From the IMG/VR virus record IMGVR_UViG_3300033067_002502, positions 96,001-160,000 of that record: a DNA stretch of 64,000 nucleotides; one strand, written 5' to 3'. This stretch comes from a virus (Duplodnaviria > Caudoviricetes). Below, piece by piece: positions 31,201 to 42,600 of the stretch. The notes below the pieces were generated by a model that had not been told where the DNA came from, ran no database searches, and saw only the letters and a program-made list of their open reading frames with translations. Within the stretch, counting starts at the first letter, position 1. Every line of letters begins with the position of its first letter. The translations under genes and the position numbers were made by a program.

Positions 31201-33580
31201 CATAATTGTTTTAGTAGTTACAGATAATCAAGGCTTAATTGGATCTGATTCAGTAACTATCAATGTAAAGCAAAAAATTAATATTCCACCAGTTGCAAAT
31301 GCAGGACCAGATCAGTTAAATTTAATTGATACAGACGGAGATGGATATGTATCTGTTACTTTGGATGGTTCTGGTAGTACTGATTCAGATGGGACTATTG
31401 TGGGTTATATTTGGATGGAAGACGAATCTCTTCTTAATACAACTCCTACAGCAAGTCCGTCTATTTTTGTTTGTAATTTTGGGATAGGTATTCATCATGT
31501 AACTCTTAAGGTTGTAGACGATAACGGATCTTTTAGTTTTGATTTTGTTGATATCTATGTTTTTCCAAGAATAAATCACGCTCCTTATGCTGATGCAGGA
31601 CCGGATCAATTGAATTCAATTGTTGATACAGATGGAGGAGGAGGCGAATTTGTCACTTTAGATGGTTCTGGAAGTAATGATAATGATGATTATCCTTATG
31701 GGTACATTGCTGCATATAATTGGTCTAATAACGGGTCTTCTATAGCTTCTATAGTAAATCCTATTCCTTATATTGAGGTTGGGCAGCATTCTATTATACT
31801 TACTGTTACTGATAATGGAGGTCTTACTGCTTCTGATTCTGTTATGATAAGCGTTTCTCCAAAAGAAAATGAAATTCCTATTGCAAATGCTGGAGGAAAT
31901 CAAACAGTTACAGATACAGATGGTAATGGTTTTGTAATTGTTACTTTGGATGGTTCTGGAAGTTATGATCCTGATGGGTCAGTCGTTACTTATTCTTGGA
32001 TGGAGGATGGATTAATTTTATCTACAATAAGCAATCCTTCTATTAATTTTACCATTGGATTACATATTGTTATATTAATTGTTACTGACACTTCTGGAGC
32101 TTCTAGTAGTGATTATATTTTTATTAATGTAAATCCTAAACCTCAAGATCCAATTCCTCCTGTTCCTGGAACAGGCGGTGGTTCGGCAATTGGAGAAAGT
32201 CAGAATTTTTTAGCAAGATTAGGTAAGGTAAAAGTTACATCTCTTGGAGGATCTGAAAGAAGAGATAAAATTGAAGGATTTGGAGTTCAAAGATACACGC
32301 CAACTCCTTCTGGTTCTGTTGGAGATTCTTTCCCAGAAGATTATTCTAATTACTCTGTTGTTGCTATAGCCAATTCTATTGATGGAACTATTGAGCTATC
32401 TGATTCTGTTAGTAAGTATAGTAAATTAGAAGCAAATATAGTTAATCCATCTTTTAAAAACGTAGGTATGCCTCATTGGTCTATAGAGGATACAATGGAG
32501 TGGGTTAATTCAGGAATGCCTTCTCATTTAAGTCAAGTTCATCATTCTAATATAATATTAAGCGGAATCGCTTCTGAAAAGATTGCTCCAGGATTACAAG
32601 AATCTGCAGCTCCTTCTTTTCAAGCAAAATACATTGTTCCTTGTAATAGTGATTGGTATGATAAACCAAATTCTACTATTGATTATAATCTTTCTTTGGA
32701 TAATGGAAATGTAAATTTATCTATTCCTTATGCAAATTGCATATTATCTGTTCCAGAATTAAATTGTGTTTTAGTTGGAGGATTTGGAGGAGTTGTTTCT
32801 ATAGATATAACTACTAAAAATATAACAAAATTTATTATTGATTCTGATAGGGATTTGCTTGTTAAAGATATAAAAAAATATCAAAACACTATATACATTC
32901 TTGATGAATCAAAATTATATTTTTATGATATTACAACAGGTACTGTTTCTAATGATACATCTGTTGGTCTTCCTAGTAAAATACATAGTATAATTAGTAT
33001 TTTTGGAAGTAATATATCTGTTGGAGCAGAAGATGGAATTTATGCAAGAAAATTATCATCTTCTTCTTGGAGTAAAGTAGTTTCAACAGATAAACCTGTA
33101 AATGTAATGTCATCTCCTGATGCTGCTTTGGCTGTCTCTGATGATGGAGGGTGTTATTATTCAACAGATGGTTTTAATTGGAATAAAGTAGGAGTTATAA
33201 GTAATAAGATTGTAAATAAGATAAAGAAACATCGTTCTCAGATTCTTTTTGCAACAACAAATGGACTCTACCAGGACGGCGGTTCTTTTTATACAAAAAA
33301 TATTTCATTACAATTACTAGATGTATTGAATGATATTGAGTCTTCGTCTTCTATATCAGTTAACGACATTGATTCTGATTTTGATAAAGCTGTTATAGGC
33401 TTATCAGATGGTCGATATTCTGTATATACGGATGATTTCGTTATATATTCGGATTCAAAGATGTCAAATATACATAAGGTTCTTATTTTAGGAAATGATA
33501 TTTGGTTATTTAGTTATAATCAGTTTAGAATTATTTCAGAATCATTTATTAGAAAAATAGCAACAGGTACTAAGATATAA
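25298..33580 (+). CDS. Giant adhesin/depolymerase-like protein: GH56-like TIM barrel, 11 PKD/REJ-like repeats and a C-terminal propeller
   Basis: GTG at 25298 has GGAG 7 nt upstream, so it is preferred over TTG at 25274. Motifs IPNNYQGGIWLNWEP, RPG..IGLYG, YLAPSLY and GGNGLIWW, then N.PP.ANAGPDQ..VTLDGSGS.D.DG repeats. Confidence 0.7.
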   Translation: MPTSFSLFNLRDPGDSGHQSNISLNPQDYGTNIVRDSSSGINYGRPLASNNAWSVSVTQSLKEWRGINLTISITNNSNVVQPAPFIRLFSGMYHKNWTVSQVGTAYRHSINYMNHDSYGMRSQSVSYSSPSNPATDIIGSTNSIYGYNWFAPCFTIDNFTGTQNVFNCQMMSVSTNYPYPFKIYGDFNPVTPTVAGEPFDAHYDDLKAFFRMDGNVNVPGRGILDQVNPQETRSWTIWLRYENYYSNFFLSDGPPNQNIIRSGTPTYRKIAALRSYEPYFAWYWNDPTSIVSEFPVVPRPPINGDQRAGPRVSGRVYGIELAGGDLPTIPNNERRYYLFRKYVLNGTTIFENLGATAPQVGQSYINPNTVSGWRELLDGIVDVASLKNNGYKAVLIINPAGWGNGNSGQNPAFFTNLPPNLRNTLSEIQDWENSTNTSTDVHINNGIRILFSAENVLNKVNLGDFNDAAIDFNSENPLHNEFETNNFNEGGLRNFSGISLFGIPDGLTKPIIDNYFENWRTNYRGSTLSSGFRVENKLISYMFPGYLDRDEFLKATNYSGSGSGWIGGRDWFLDLLTSGTDPWVYCPIKKWKAELIGTPGISTILDVESAYDKYVQKIESEHQAVAVTIGRIVRNSCLFPKRLNWKEKYETYTSIVGGFGGVCTYPDPALGVTSCTNFEIHTRYSTGIPSSLNYNMIGLYQATTFVDYTTDPCGQNFRFRGHSWIPFLGQSNEPGGKSGDCLFWLYDTDTTNPNSKLSKALKTIQDNINGVYDGGRLQIPNNYQGGIWLNWEPTAMVAFDSSHPPRVDGSSTLGGNGIPRKLNFVCSDRDSNGNLYRYIAKDSTDPTIETCTTSKRTILSTSGIAVDPDREIGVSIGDSLVMYYKNQAYQCNPSNASSVSPNVYPNETVKIRSLDGTVFNRSLRDWWALVLSTNEPGWDSAFPSDRPLQVGETQSWIDKRDIILQRRWSEKWTIWLKAICAKIKAIRPGVDKIGLYGSVPQYGQWAIDGLDFGKTDPESPDPDRELEWNYWGEWAKTLEYLAPSLYLWDPVNDYDAPYLYNTMASYGVNTVRRQQDPIQSRLFQLLTIRSYQDKSNKAGNMFIPFMWQKHLRDDQNLVNPNIMEFMNKSIYTSGGNGLIWWDSIGGPADARNSMQYIQQYWYPTVNTIIQGDYSAYITPRIPSLPLTNQNPVANAGPDATIQIQDDSNRITYILDGSGSYDPEGGSLIYQWMEVLPAGRTSSVAVWLTANNIVNPSVSLISGSSSDPLAGTYTFRLVVTDERMGSSMSDDVVINVNPKINRAPIPSAGPNQQKIISDYTGYVSVTLDGSSSLDPDGNITSYIWKEGSTTIATGVNPSVNFFKGQHTVTLTVTDNGDSFGNNVRFASSSVIVDVIPKANIPPTAEAGTDQNVTISDNTGHINVSLNGSSSHDNEDTGYNKPLTYSWTLNGVQISTEASPTISLVAGIYDILLTVTDSGDFSENINTRLTHSDSVRITVNPKPNIAPIANAGPDDTKTISDYTGSMNYTLDGSLSSDPDGYITLYKWDESIAGSIVHLTQSTSPTSLVNLSVGTHTIILTVTDNGDYAGAKKSNSDTVFVTINPSPNLPPICNTGNPQTVTDTDGDGFVIVTLDGSGSYDPNPHGSIISYLWKEGSTVLGSTSILSHSFSVGTHTATLTVTDNGDFYGLANLSTSKDVYITILPKPLRLPIANAGIDQEVTDTDNNLIENVQLDGRLTYDPDNNISSYVWKEGVTTIGTGSYPMVSFSIGTHTVTLTVTANDLSTTTDDVIIIVNPIGIDPPPPNVPPVANAGPDQLTVIDTDGSGSEIVTLDGSGSTDSDGTIANYHWTEIILGTRTTLATTSSSLVSYNFTVGTHVVTLVVTDNSGALSQGDDITITVNPKPNVAPTANAGPDQEVTDTDGSGYESVTLDGSASTDSDGTISSYSWILNEVEISTISNPTVSLPVGQNIIVLVVTDNQGLIGSDSVTINVKQKINIPPVANAGPDQLNLIDTDGDGYVSVTLDGSGSTDSDGTIVGYIWMEDESLLNTTPTASPSIFVCNFGIGIHHVTLKVVDDNGSFSFDFVDIYVFPRINHAPYADAGPDQLNSIVDTDGGGGEFVTLDGSGSNDNDDYPYGYIAAYNWSNNGSSIASIVNPIPYIEVGQHSIILTVTDNGGLTASDSVMISVSPKENEIPIANAGGNQTVTDTDGNGFVIVTLDGSGSYDPDGSVVTYSWMEDGLILSTISNPSINFTIGLHIVILIVTDTSGASSSDYIFINVNPKPQDPIPPVPGTGGGSAIGESQNFLARLGKVKVTSLGGSERRDKIEGFGVQRYTPTPSGSVGDSFPEDYSNYSVVAIANSIDGTIELSDSVSKYSKLEANIVNPSFKNVGMPHWSIEDTMEWVNSGMPSHLSQVHHSNIILSGIASEKIAPGLQESAAPSFQAKYIVPCNSDWYDKPNSTIDYNLSLDNGNVNLSIPYANCILSVPELNCVLVGGFGGVVSIDITTKNITKFIIDSDRDLLVKDIKKYQNTIYILDESKLYFYDITTGTVSNDTSVGLPSKIHSIISIFGSNISVGAEDGIYARKLSSSSWSKVVSTDKPVNVMSSPDAALAVSDDGGCYYSTDGFNWNKVGVISNKIVNKIKKHRSQILFATTNGLYQDGGSFYTKNISLQLLDVLNDIESSSSISVNDIDSDFDKAVIGLSDGRYSVYTDDFVIYSDSKMSNIHKVLILGNDIWLFSYNQFRIISESFIRKIATGTKI
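28859..32140 (+). repeat. 11 tandem PKD/REJ-like Ig repeats (~95-115 aa each) within the 25298 CDS
   Basis: I counted 11 P.ANAG.DQ-type starts, each followed by LDGS.S.D and VTD.G-like motifs. A 47-nt identical stretch occurs at 30168-30214 and 31926-31972. Confidence 0.9.
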
Positions 33581-33602
33581 TTAATAAGGTGTTTTAAAAT
33601 TC

Positions 33603-36600
33603 ATGAATACTGCAATAACTAAGGTTTCTGTTTTCTTAAGAACAGTTGGAAATTCTAAAAATACAATATCAATACCGAAAAACGGTGCAGCATTTGACGC
33701 ATCTAATTTTTCAAAACTTGATCAAGGAAACCCAAATGCTATTTTTGATAATTCTATTTCAGGATATTATGGTTCTGGATATATGAAAATTGAACCCAAA
33801 GAGGGTTCTAGTGTTTATTTGTTTCCTTCTTTTACTTATCCAATTAAAGTTGAAGAATATGGGAAGTATAAGCTTTTTATAAGAATAAAATCAGATGAAA
33901 ATTCTTCATTTAGTTTTTCAATTATAATTAATGATATTAGTGTTTCAGATCATGAAGTTGTTGTAACAGATTCTTGGTCATGGATTTATGTTGATTTAGT
34001 TATACCAGATACTAGAGATTTTGATCTTACATTTGTTCCAAAAACAGAAAATTCATATATAGATTCGTTTTATATAACAAAAGAAGAAATTCCTGTAAGT
34101 TTTAGTTATGTTTCTTCTTATATAACTTTACATGAAAGAATATTTAAGATTGAATCAGAATCCGTTGGTGAGTCTTTACCAACTTATCAGTATAAAACAA
34201 CTATTGAAGAAATTGTTGATGATAATTGGTATAATTTTGAAACTACTCCTCTTCTGGGGCATTCTTCTATAGTTTTTGATAGCACCTATGCTATTGCTCT
34301 TTTTTCTTCTGGAGATAGTGAAGAAAGATACTTAATATGGGATTACGGAGATGAGAAAAATGCAGATTCTACTAGTTCTTTTTGTGGTTTAACTTTTAAT
34401 AAAGATAACAATACATGGGATCTTGATTGTAGTAAAAATTATTCTATAAGAGCTTACTCTTTTAGAGATTCTCTAGATGAATCTGCTTGTAAGATAGTCG
34501 TACCTGCTTCTGCTTTAGAAATCAAAAAAATTCAAAGATTTGATACGGATAATTTATTACCTATTTTTGTTCAAACAAAAGTTGTTGATGAAGGTAATAA
34601 TATTAACAAGGTTTCGCTTAGCTTGCCTGACAGAATTGTATCTTTTATTGAAGATCAAAGTGGTTCTATGAGCTGGAATGACAAAGACGGTCTTCGTCAT
34701 ACGATGACGCAAAGAGTTGTAGATCGTCTTGAGTCAACGTATCCTGGCGAAGTTAAGTATAATCTTATTGGCTTTGGTTCAACTCCAATAAAGATAAATT
34801 TTTATGCTGTTGTTGAAAGCGATCAAGTAAATACAAGCAATGCAGCAAATGTTGCAAGTAGTTATTTTTTTGATCAAGAAAGCGGATATGCCGGTGTTAG
34901 GGTAATTAGAAAAAAAGACTCTTACCCAACTAGTCCTTTAGATGGAGAAATCGTAACTGAAGGATTTGTTGAAAGAGCTTATGATGAAGGATTAGATGAG
35001 GGAGAAAACTATTTCTATGCAGCATATACTTTTAATTCTAATGGAATTTTTAGTGACGGAAGGTTTATAAATTCTTTTCCAAGATTAAAAATTGTTCCTT
35101 ATGGAGTTGGTGGTTTTACTTACAGAGTTATTACTGGATCTGGTTCAAGAAGAGATGAAAATCTTATAGGAGCTTGGCATCTTAATGAGTCTTATGGCTT
35201 TGATGCGTATGACTTTAGTGACAATCCTATTTCTTTATCTTCTTCCGAAGATCTTATTTGGCTTAATTCTACAGACGTTCCTAGCGGAGTAAGTGGCATA
35301 AGGTTTGATGGATCTTCTACAAGACTATCTGGGTTAGACTCTGGTAGTAAATTAATTCAAGATAAATATACATTTATGGCTTGGGTTTATCCATTTAATT
35401 TTGCAAGCAAGAGAACTATTATTTCTAGAGAAGATTCTTCTAATAATAAAATTTCATTTAATCTTGGAATAAATTCTAATGGAACTTTGTTCTTTAATAT
35501 GGACAATATTTTAACAGCATCCTCATCTGGATCTCTTGTTGAAAATGAATGGAATCATATCGCTATTACTGTTAATTCTTCTGATGTTAAATTCTATATA
35601 AACGGTTCAATAGAGGGCGTTGGTTCAATAAGCAGATTAGGCAACTATAGTTCTGAGTCAATGAATTTTTATATAGGAGGAGAAGATTCTTCTTTCTTTG
35701 GAAAAATAACAGAAGTAAGCATTCATAACACAATTAAATCAGATGGTTATATTTCTATGATGTCTATTATGCCTCAATCATCTTCTGAAAAAATCAATGA
35801 TAATGGAGATAGGATAATTGTATTAAAATATACAGTTCCAGATGATTTTAATTACGACGGAGGTCAAGTTTCTATTGTTAGAAAAGAAGAAAAAGGTACT
35901 GCAATTTTTGATTATGAATCAAATAATTTAGTTTTTAAGGGTTTTGGAGAAAAGCCTTCAAGTGAAATTGATGGAGAAATGGTTTATAATCAAACAGCTT
36001 CTGTAGGATTTCATTCAGTTGTTCTTCCTTATGATTATATTCATAACAGAACCTATAATTTTAGAATTTATTCTAAAAATTCAATAGGTAATTATAGCTT
36101 ATCTTCTGATTCTCCAATTCTTTCTATAGAAATACCTTCATTTGAAACAAAAGCAACTAGAGATGAAGTAATTCCAATTCCTTCTATAAGTAAAATCGAA
36201 AATGTTACAATTAGAGCAGGAAATCATAAAACTTATATACAATGGAGTCCTTCAACAGATCCAGAAACAAAACAAATTCTTGTTTATTGGTCAAGCTCTG
36301 GATATCCTATAATAAACAACGAAACTGGTGTTGATTCAACAGCTTTACTTGTATTTAGTGGAGATCCTTCTTCTTCTGAATTAGTTGATAGAAATTTAGA
36401 AAATGAAACAGTTAATTATTATGCAATTGTTGCTGCTGATAGGTATGGGAATATGTCTATTCCTGTTTATGTATCAGAGATACCTCTTGATACAGCAGAT
36501 GAATCTGGCATACCTCTTCTAGAAGTTAAGCAATTTAGATATGAGATTGTAGATGAAAATACTCTTAGTCTTGCTTGGGACGCTCCTGTAAAATTCCAAA

Positions 36601-39600
36601 ACGATATACAATCATGGTTTGATCAAAGAGTTGTTTTATATGCAGAAATAACGGACGAATTTGGTTCTCCAATAACAGATGCAAGTAACATATCTTTTGT
36701 TGCAAATGCTTCTATAAAATCTACTGGATTAGCAGAAGACGTATTTGCTGAATCAATAAATAGAGAAGTAGTTGTTCCTAAAGTAGAAAATTGTTATGTA
36801 TTATCTTCAACGGTTATTAGTAATGGATTGATTAAAGGCTTTTTTAGGATGACGACAGACCTTGATATCCTTTCTTCCATTAATTCTTTATCTGCAGACA
36901 TAGTTGTATCTTATAAAATACCTGACAGGAATAATCCATCTGTAAATGTTTTTGAATTTACATCATTACCAGTTCATATAGAAATGCTAAATCCATTTTC
37001 TATGGAACTTGTTAATATTGGAGACAATTCTTTTAATTTTGGAACAATAGCAACTCTTTCTGGAGTTAAGAGAAAATCAAAGAGAAGGAATCCGTTATCT
37101 TCAACAGATCCTGTTTCTCTTCAAAATACAAGAGGAGATCTTGTTAAATTTCTTTGCAAACAAACTGTCCCTTTAGATGATCAGTCTTTTATATCAAGTG
37201 GTGGTTTATTGTTTGATCCAGATAAATTTAAGGAATTTAATGGATGTTGGATAAGAAGAAGTAAGCCTTTTGTTGCTCGTATTGTTGTAACATATAGAGG
37301 TCAAGCAATACCTGCTGGTAATAGTTGTAATGCTGCTGTTTTTGAAGCATTAGACCCTCAGTGCGATCCAGATGAAGAACAGCCAGAAAATCCTTGTTCT
37401 CAATTAGGATCAACTCCTGCCGCTCCAGTTCCTTTTGTTCCTGGTTTTTCTAATAGAAGAAGTAGAACAGTTCAACCTCCTTCTACTTCTATATTGTTTA
37501 AAACAGGATTACAAAGATTGGAAGATGGATCTACTAAGCAGATTTCTTATGCGGATATTCCTCTTACAGTTCCTCGCTCTCCTCATGCTGTTATGTTGTT
37601 TGGAAAGACTTCTTATAATGGATATTATTCTCGCAAAAAAATGTATATTGTTTTTGACAATATATTAAGAATAGAAACAACAGTGGAATCTCCAGAAACT
37701 AATTGTATTGATGTTGCAGAACAAAAATCTATTGTTTATATGATAGATCCTAATAGTCCAAATGTTGATTCTCCAATTAAGATAGCAATTCCAGATCAGC
37801 AAATTGTTCGTTGGAATTTAAGGAAAGGAAGAAATTCAAAAGATAGACCGTTTTATTCAACAGATAATGTTTCTTCCGGTCCTGGTGTTTTTTCTTATAC
37901 TAGATCTGGTTCTGCCAAAAAAGTATTTTTTGGACCAGCCTGCGGTGTTACTTGGGAAGTTTACGTTCCTTGCCCTGGAAATATTATTTATCTTCCAGAA
38001 ATGTATGCAATAAAAGCTTCTGTTGTTTATGACGGTCTTTCTGCTTTTGAAGAAAGGCCTTCAATACTTTATCCTCCAAATTTCACTGGAATAGGTTTTG
38101 GTTCTAGGTTCTTAATGTCAATGACTCAATATGTCAACGTTTTATATGCTGACGGATATGATTTAGCAAGAGTAACTATTTATCATGATCCAAATATAAC
38201 TGGAGGAATTGAGGCAGAATGTTTTAGGGATTGTGCTACAAATTCAAACAGACCTATATTTGTTTTGGATAATGGGCAAATAGTTGATATAGAATCTGGT
38301 AGTGATTTTGAAATACTTTATGGAGACGATTTAGTAACAAATTACGATGAAACGTTAGGAGAATATGTTGTTACCCAAGCAAATCAGACTGTTGGATTTG
38401 CTCAAGTTCCTCTTGCTAGTACAGGTAGTAGTACTTCTTTTTATCTTAGAATTAATAAATTTATAGGAAAACCTAAATCTGAACCACCTGTTGATAACAA
38501 TTCTAGTCCAAGTCCAAATCCGTGTGATTGTATACAAACACCTCCTGGCTTATCTAACAAGAAAGATCTTTTTGTTGTTAATGGAAGAACTACAATTAAT
38601 TTTAATGGAGAAACACGATATCTAAGAGGTGGGGGTGATATTAAAACTGGAGTTCCTCCAACAACTATTGATTTAAGAGAACCTTTAGATATATTAATCG
38701 TTGATATAAGAAGAGAAGGTAAAAGCGTTAATAAAGTTCTTTGTGATGGACATTCTGTTCATGAATTTTTAGTAGAAGTAACATTTAAACACAAGCCAGT
38801 TCCTAATGGAACTCCTATTTTCTTAACAATAGGTGGGAAAAATCCTGAAAAAATAATATTGCTAAGTGATACGATTTATACAGAAAAAGTAAATGACAGT
38901 ATATTAAATCCAACAGGAGATGTTAGAAGTTTTGCTTCTTTTTTCATTGAATCAATTAATTCAGAGTCATCTTTTGAATCTCAAATACAAGCAGAGACTA
39001 ATTATGATAAAAGAGGAGACGTAGAAAGAAGTATGACTACTTGTATAACAATCAAGTATGATTCGTCTCAACCAAAAGAAGAACCAGTAAAGAGTTTAGA
39101 AGGAGAGATTAGTAATATTTATAGTTCTTCTTTAGATATATATGATACAATTGATAATAATTGGACAACAAAATCATCAATGAATTACCCTAGAGGCTGT
39201 TTAACTCTGAATTGGACATTTAGTGCATATTCAGAGATGTTGTACGCAATAGGAGGTATTAACGGAAAATCAATATTGTCATATAATGAAATGTATGATA
39301 TAGATGCCGATTCTTGGACAAGTAAAAAGTCAATGATAACTCCAAGATTTTATCACATGTCAGCTCAAGATGGTAACTATATCTATATTTTTGGAGGAAT
39401 AACTGCAACAGGATCTAATCTTTCTATAACTAATTCCGTTGAAAGGTATAATATAGAAACGGATGAATGGGAATTGCTTGAAGAAATGCCTTCTTTTGGT
39501 CAAGACACATATGGTGTTGCTTTAGGTTCTTGCGTCGTTTCTCTTGGTAAAGCTTATATTATAGGTGGTATTAGGAGAATAGGTCAAAGCGGTTCTATTG

Positions 39601-42600
39601 ATGCTATGAATGACAGAGTTCTTGTATTTGATTTTGATTCATTATCTTGGGAATGGAGTGATGCTTTTGTAGATAACAATCTTGTTCTTTATGAAAGGAT
39701 TTCTCCTTTTGCTTTTGTTTCTTTTGATTCTTCTTCTATCAGGGTTCTTGGAGGAGCTGTGTCTGGTGTGTTAAATACAATAACAGGAGAAATCCCTCTT
39801 GAATTTATTACTGATTCATTTAAATTAGATTTATCTAATCTTTCTATAAGTCTTGATGATTTTGTATACAGTCATCTTCCTTCTCCAAGATATAGAGGAT
39901 CTTCTGTAAGTATTTATGATAAGCATTATTTCCTTGGAGGAACAAATAGTAAATCAAGCGTTCTTAATATTTTTGATATAGTTTCAGAAGGAAGTCCAAC
40001 ATACTCTTATGAAAGTTTAAATAGAATGCCTGTGGCAAAGACTTCTTTTGGTTCATCAAGTGATAATTGGAAAAATATTTATGTAGCAGGAGGACTTACT
40101 AGCGGTCGTCCTGCTGGTTTCTTGCAAATAAAAGCAAAAGTAAATCCTTCTTCTATTAGGCTTGATGGTAAGCAGTCTTCAACAGTTTCTATTGAATTAT
40201 TGAATGATATAGGAGAGCATCCTTCTAAAACAGTAAGAGCTATTGTTCAAGGAATCTTAATGTTTCCTGGTTCTTCTATAGATACAACATTAACTGGAGG
40301 AGATCAATCTCAACAGCAGTCTAGTAATTCTGCATTGAGAGATGCTTTAGTTTATCCAGTTATATTTAGTTCTAATGATTTTAATATTAATGAAGGACTA
40401 GGTTCTACTATAATGTTTCCAAGAGCAGATGATATACTTAAAAAGATTTCAGAGATTCAAAAATCTCTAGGTATAGAAGATACAACCCTTAGTGGAAACC
40501 AAGATAATACATTAAAAATTATTGAGGGAGAAATAAGAAATCCTTATAAGATAAAAGTAAGAATAACAATTATAGATGATTTTTATTATGGACAAACAGT
40601 TGTTGATATTAAGGATAATGAAGATGTTAAAAATTCTACTTCAACACCTACTAGTGGAGCAACTGGGTCTCCAACAAGCACATCAGGCAATACAGGAAAT
40701 CCTGTAGTTGGTGTTGTTTTTGATGGGTGTAGAAGTATAAATGCAAGTCAGTTTATTGAATCGAGTTCAAATACAGGAAATCAGAATACAGGAAGGGACA
40801 ATGAAAATAATCAACCAATAGATCAAACATTAAAAGATGGAGATAATCCTGTTTTTGACTTAAATCCTCCTCAGACTCCACAGTTTGATAGTCCTGAAGT
40901 TTCTTATTATAGTGATATAGAATGGATTCCTCAAGTAATAAATTATGTTAATAATGGAGAATATTCTGATATAACCAATTATATTGGAAAACTTAGAAAT
41001 AGTGTTCCATTTGGAGCTTCTCCTTTGTATGATGCTCTAGTAAAAAATGCTTCTATTTTACTTGATGAATCTTTAGATAAATATGTAAAAGTTATTTATG
41101 TAAATACAGATAATGAAGAGAACCTTTCTGTTTATTCATTGAATACGGTTATAGAAGATATTCAATCAATTGATGGGTTTGGAAGAGTTCCTGTTGTAAT
41201 AAACAATTTTTCAATAGTATTTCCTGTTACTCTTTCTGCTCTAGTAAGCAGGACTGACACTGATTCTCTTGATAGTATTTCAAATGAAACGGGAGGAGAA
41301 AGTCAAACCATTTTAGATGAAAAATTTGTTGATGAAGTTTTAAATAATTCAATTGGAAGAGTAGAGGGGTCTATTGGTTGGGGTTTATATGAATGTATTG
41401 TTGATTTAAATTCAAATAGTATTATTAATAGTATTTCTTTAGATTATGAGCTTTTTTCAAATACAGATGGTAATTGGAGCTTTGCTACAAGTGAAGATGG
41501 ATTTAATTACTCCGAATATAGTGACAATTTTAATCCTAATACAGAGGTAGAATTTACTGGGGTAAATGCAAGATATTTGAAGTTTAAAATTGCATTATTA
41601 AGCGGATTAAGTTCTTCTATTGTTGAAGAATATGAAACAATTCCAACACCAGGATCTCCTTCTTTGACATCTATTAACGTAAAATATAGCATACCAACAG
41701 AGAGCTACATATACTTCAATCCAGAAATACTTGATTATAGCCCTCAGCAAATTGCTGTGTCAATTTCTGCAACAAGACCTGAATTGTCACAAATACAAAT
41801 TGGAGCAACAACAAGCAATTCTCATAATTGGATAGATTATCAAAGCGGAGCCCAACCTTCTGTTAATAGGTACGGAAAAATTGTTATTCCTATTAGATAT
41901 AATCAAGACAATAAAGACTTAAATGAACCTCTTGAAAATATTAATGGATTTATGTGGAGAACTAAATATGGTAGATGGGATTCAACTTCAACAGTAGTTA
42001 TTAGAGATGAAAATAATAATATAATTGATACGTCAATATATAAGACTTATCCGCAAGAAGGAATTGTAGTATTTAATTCTAATCAATCTGGTCCTTTTTC
42101 TGTGTCTATTGAAAATGCCGGGAAATTAAAAATTGGAGTTAAGATAATCAATATGGATTCTGTAAATCCATTAATTATTGATGGATTAGGATACATGTAT
42201 AATACTAATGTATTTTTGCCTCCTCCTTTATCTCAAAGGCCTCCTGCTGTTTCAGAACTTAGAATAACTCCTTCAAATGTAACTGTTTATCAAAAAATAG
42301 GTTTATCTTATAAGTATTTTGATATAAATCAATTGGAAGAAAATAAGTCAGAATCTGAAATAAAATGGTATATAAATGGAGTTGAAATAGAGTATCTTAG
42401 AAATCTTAGAACTTGGAACGATATAGAAAACACAAATGATCCTGTTTGGATATATTCTTTTTCTTTCACACAAAGTGATATACCATCAGGAACAAGCACA
42501 GAACAATTTGCTAGACAAAGACAAGAAAGTTTATTGAAAGTTAATGATTCCATATACGTTACAATGAAAGCAAGCGATGGAGTCCTTTATAGCTCTTTAG

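Noticed and set aside
28859-32140. CRISPR array or diversity-generating retroelement template/variable repeats
   Set aside because: The repeats are in-frame protein-domain repeats with mixed substitutions. There is no repeat-spacer structure, and no reverse transcriptase or cas gene in the window.
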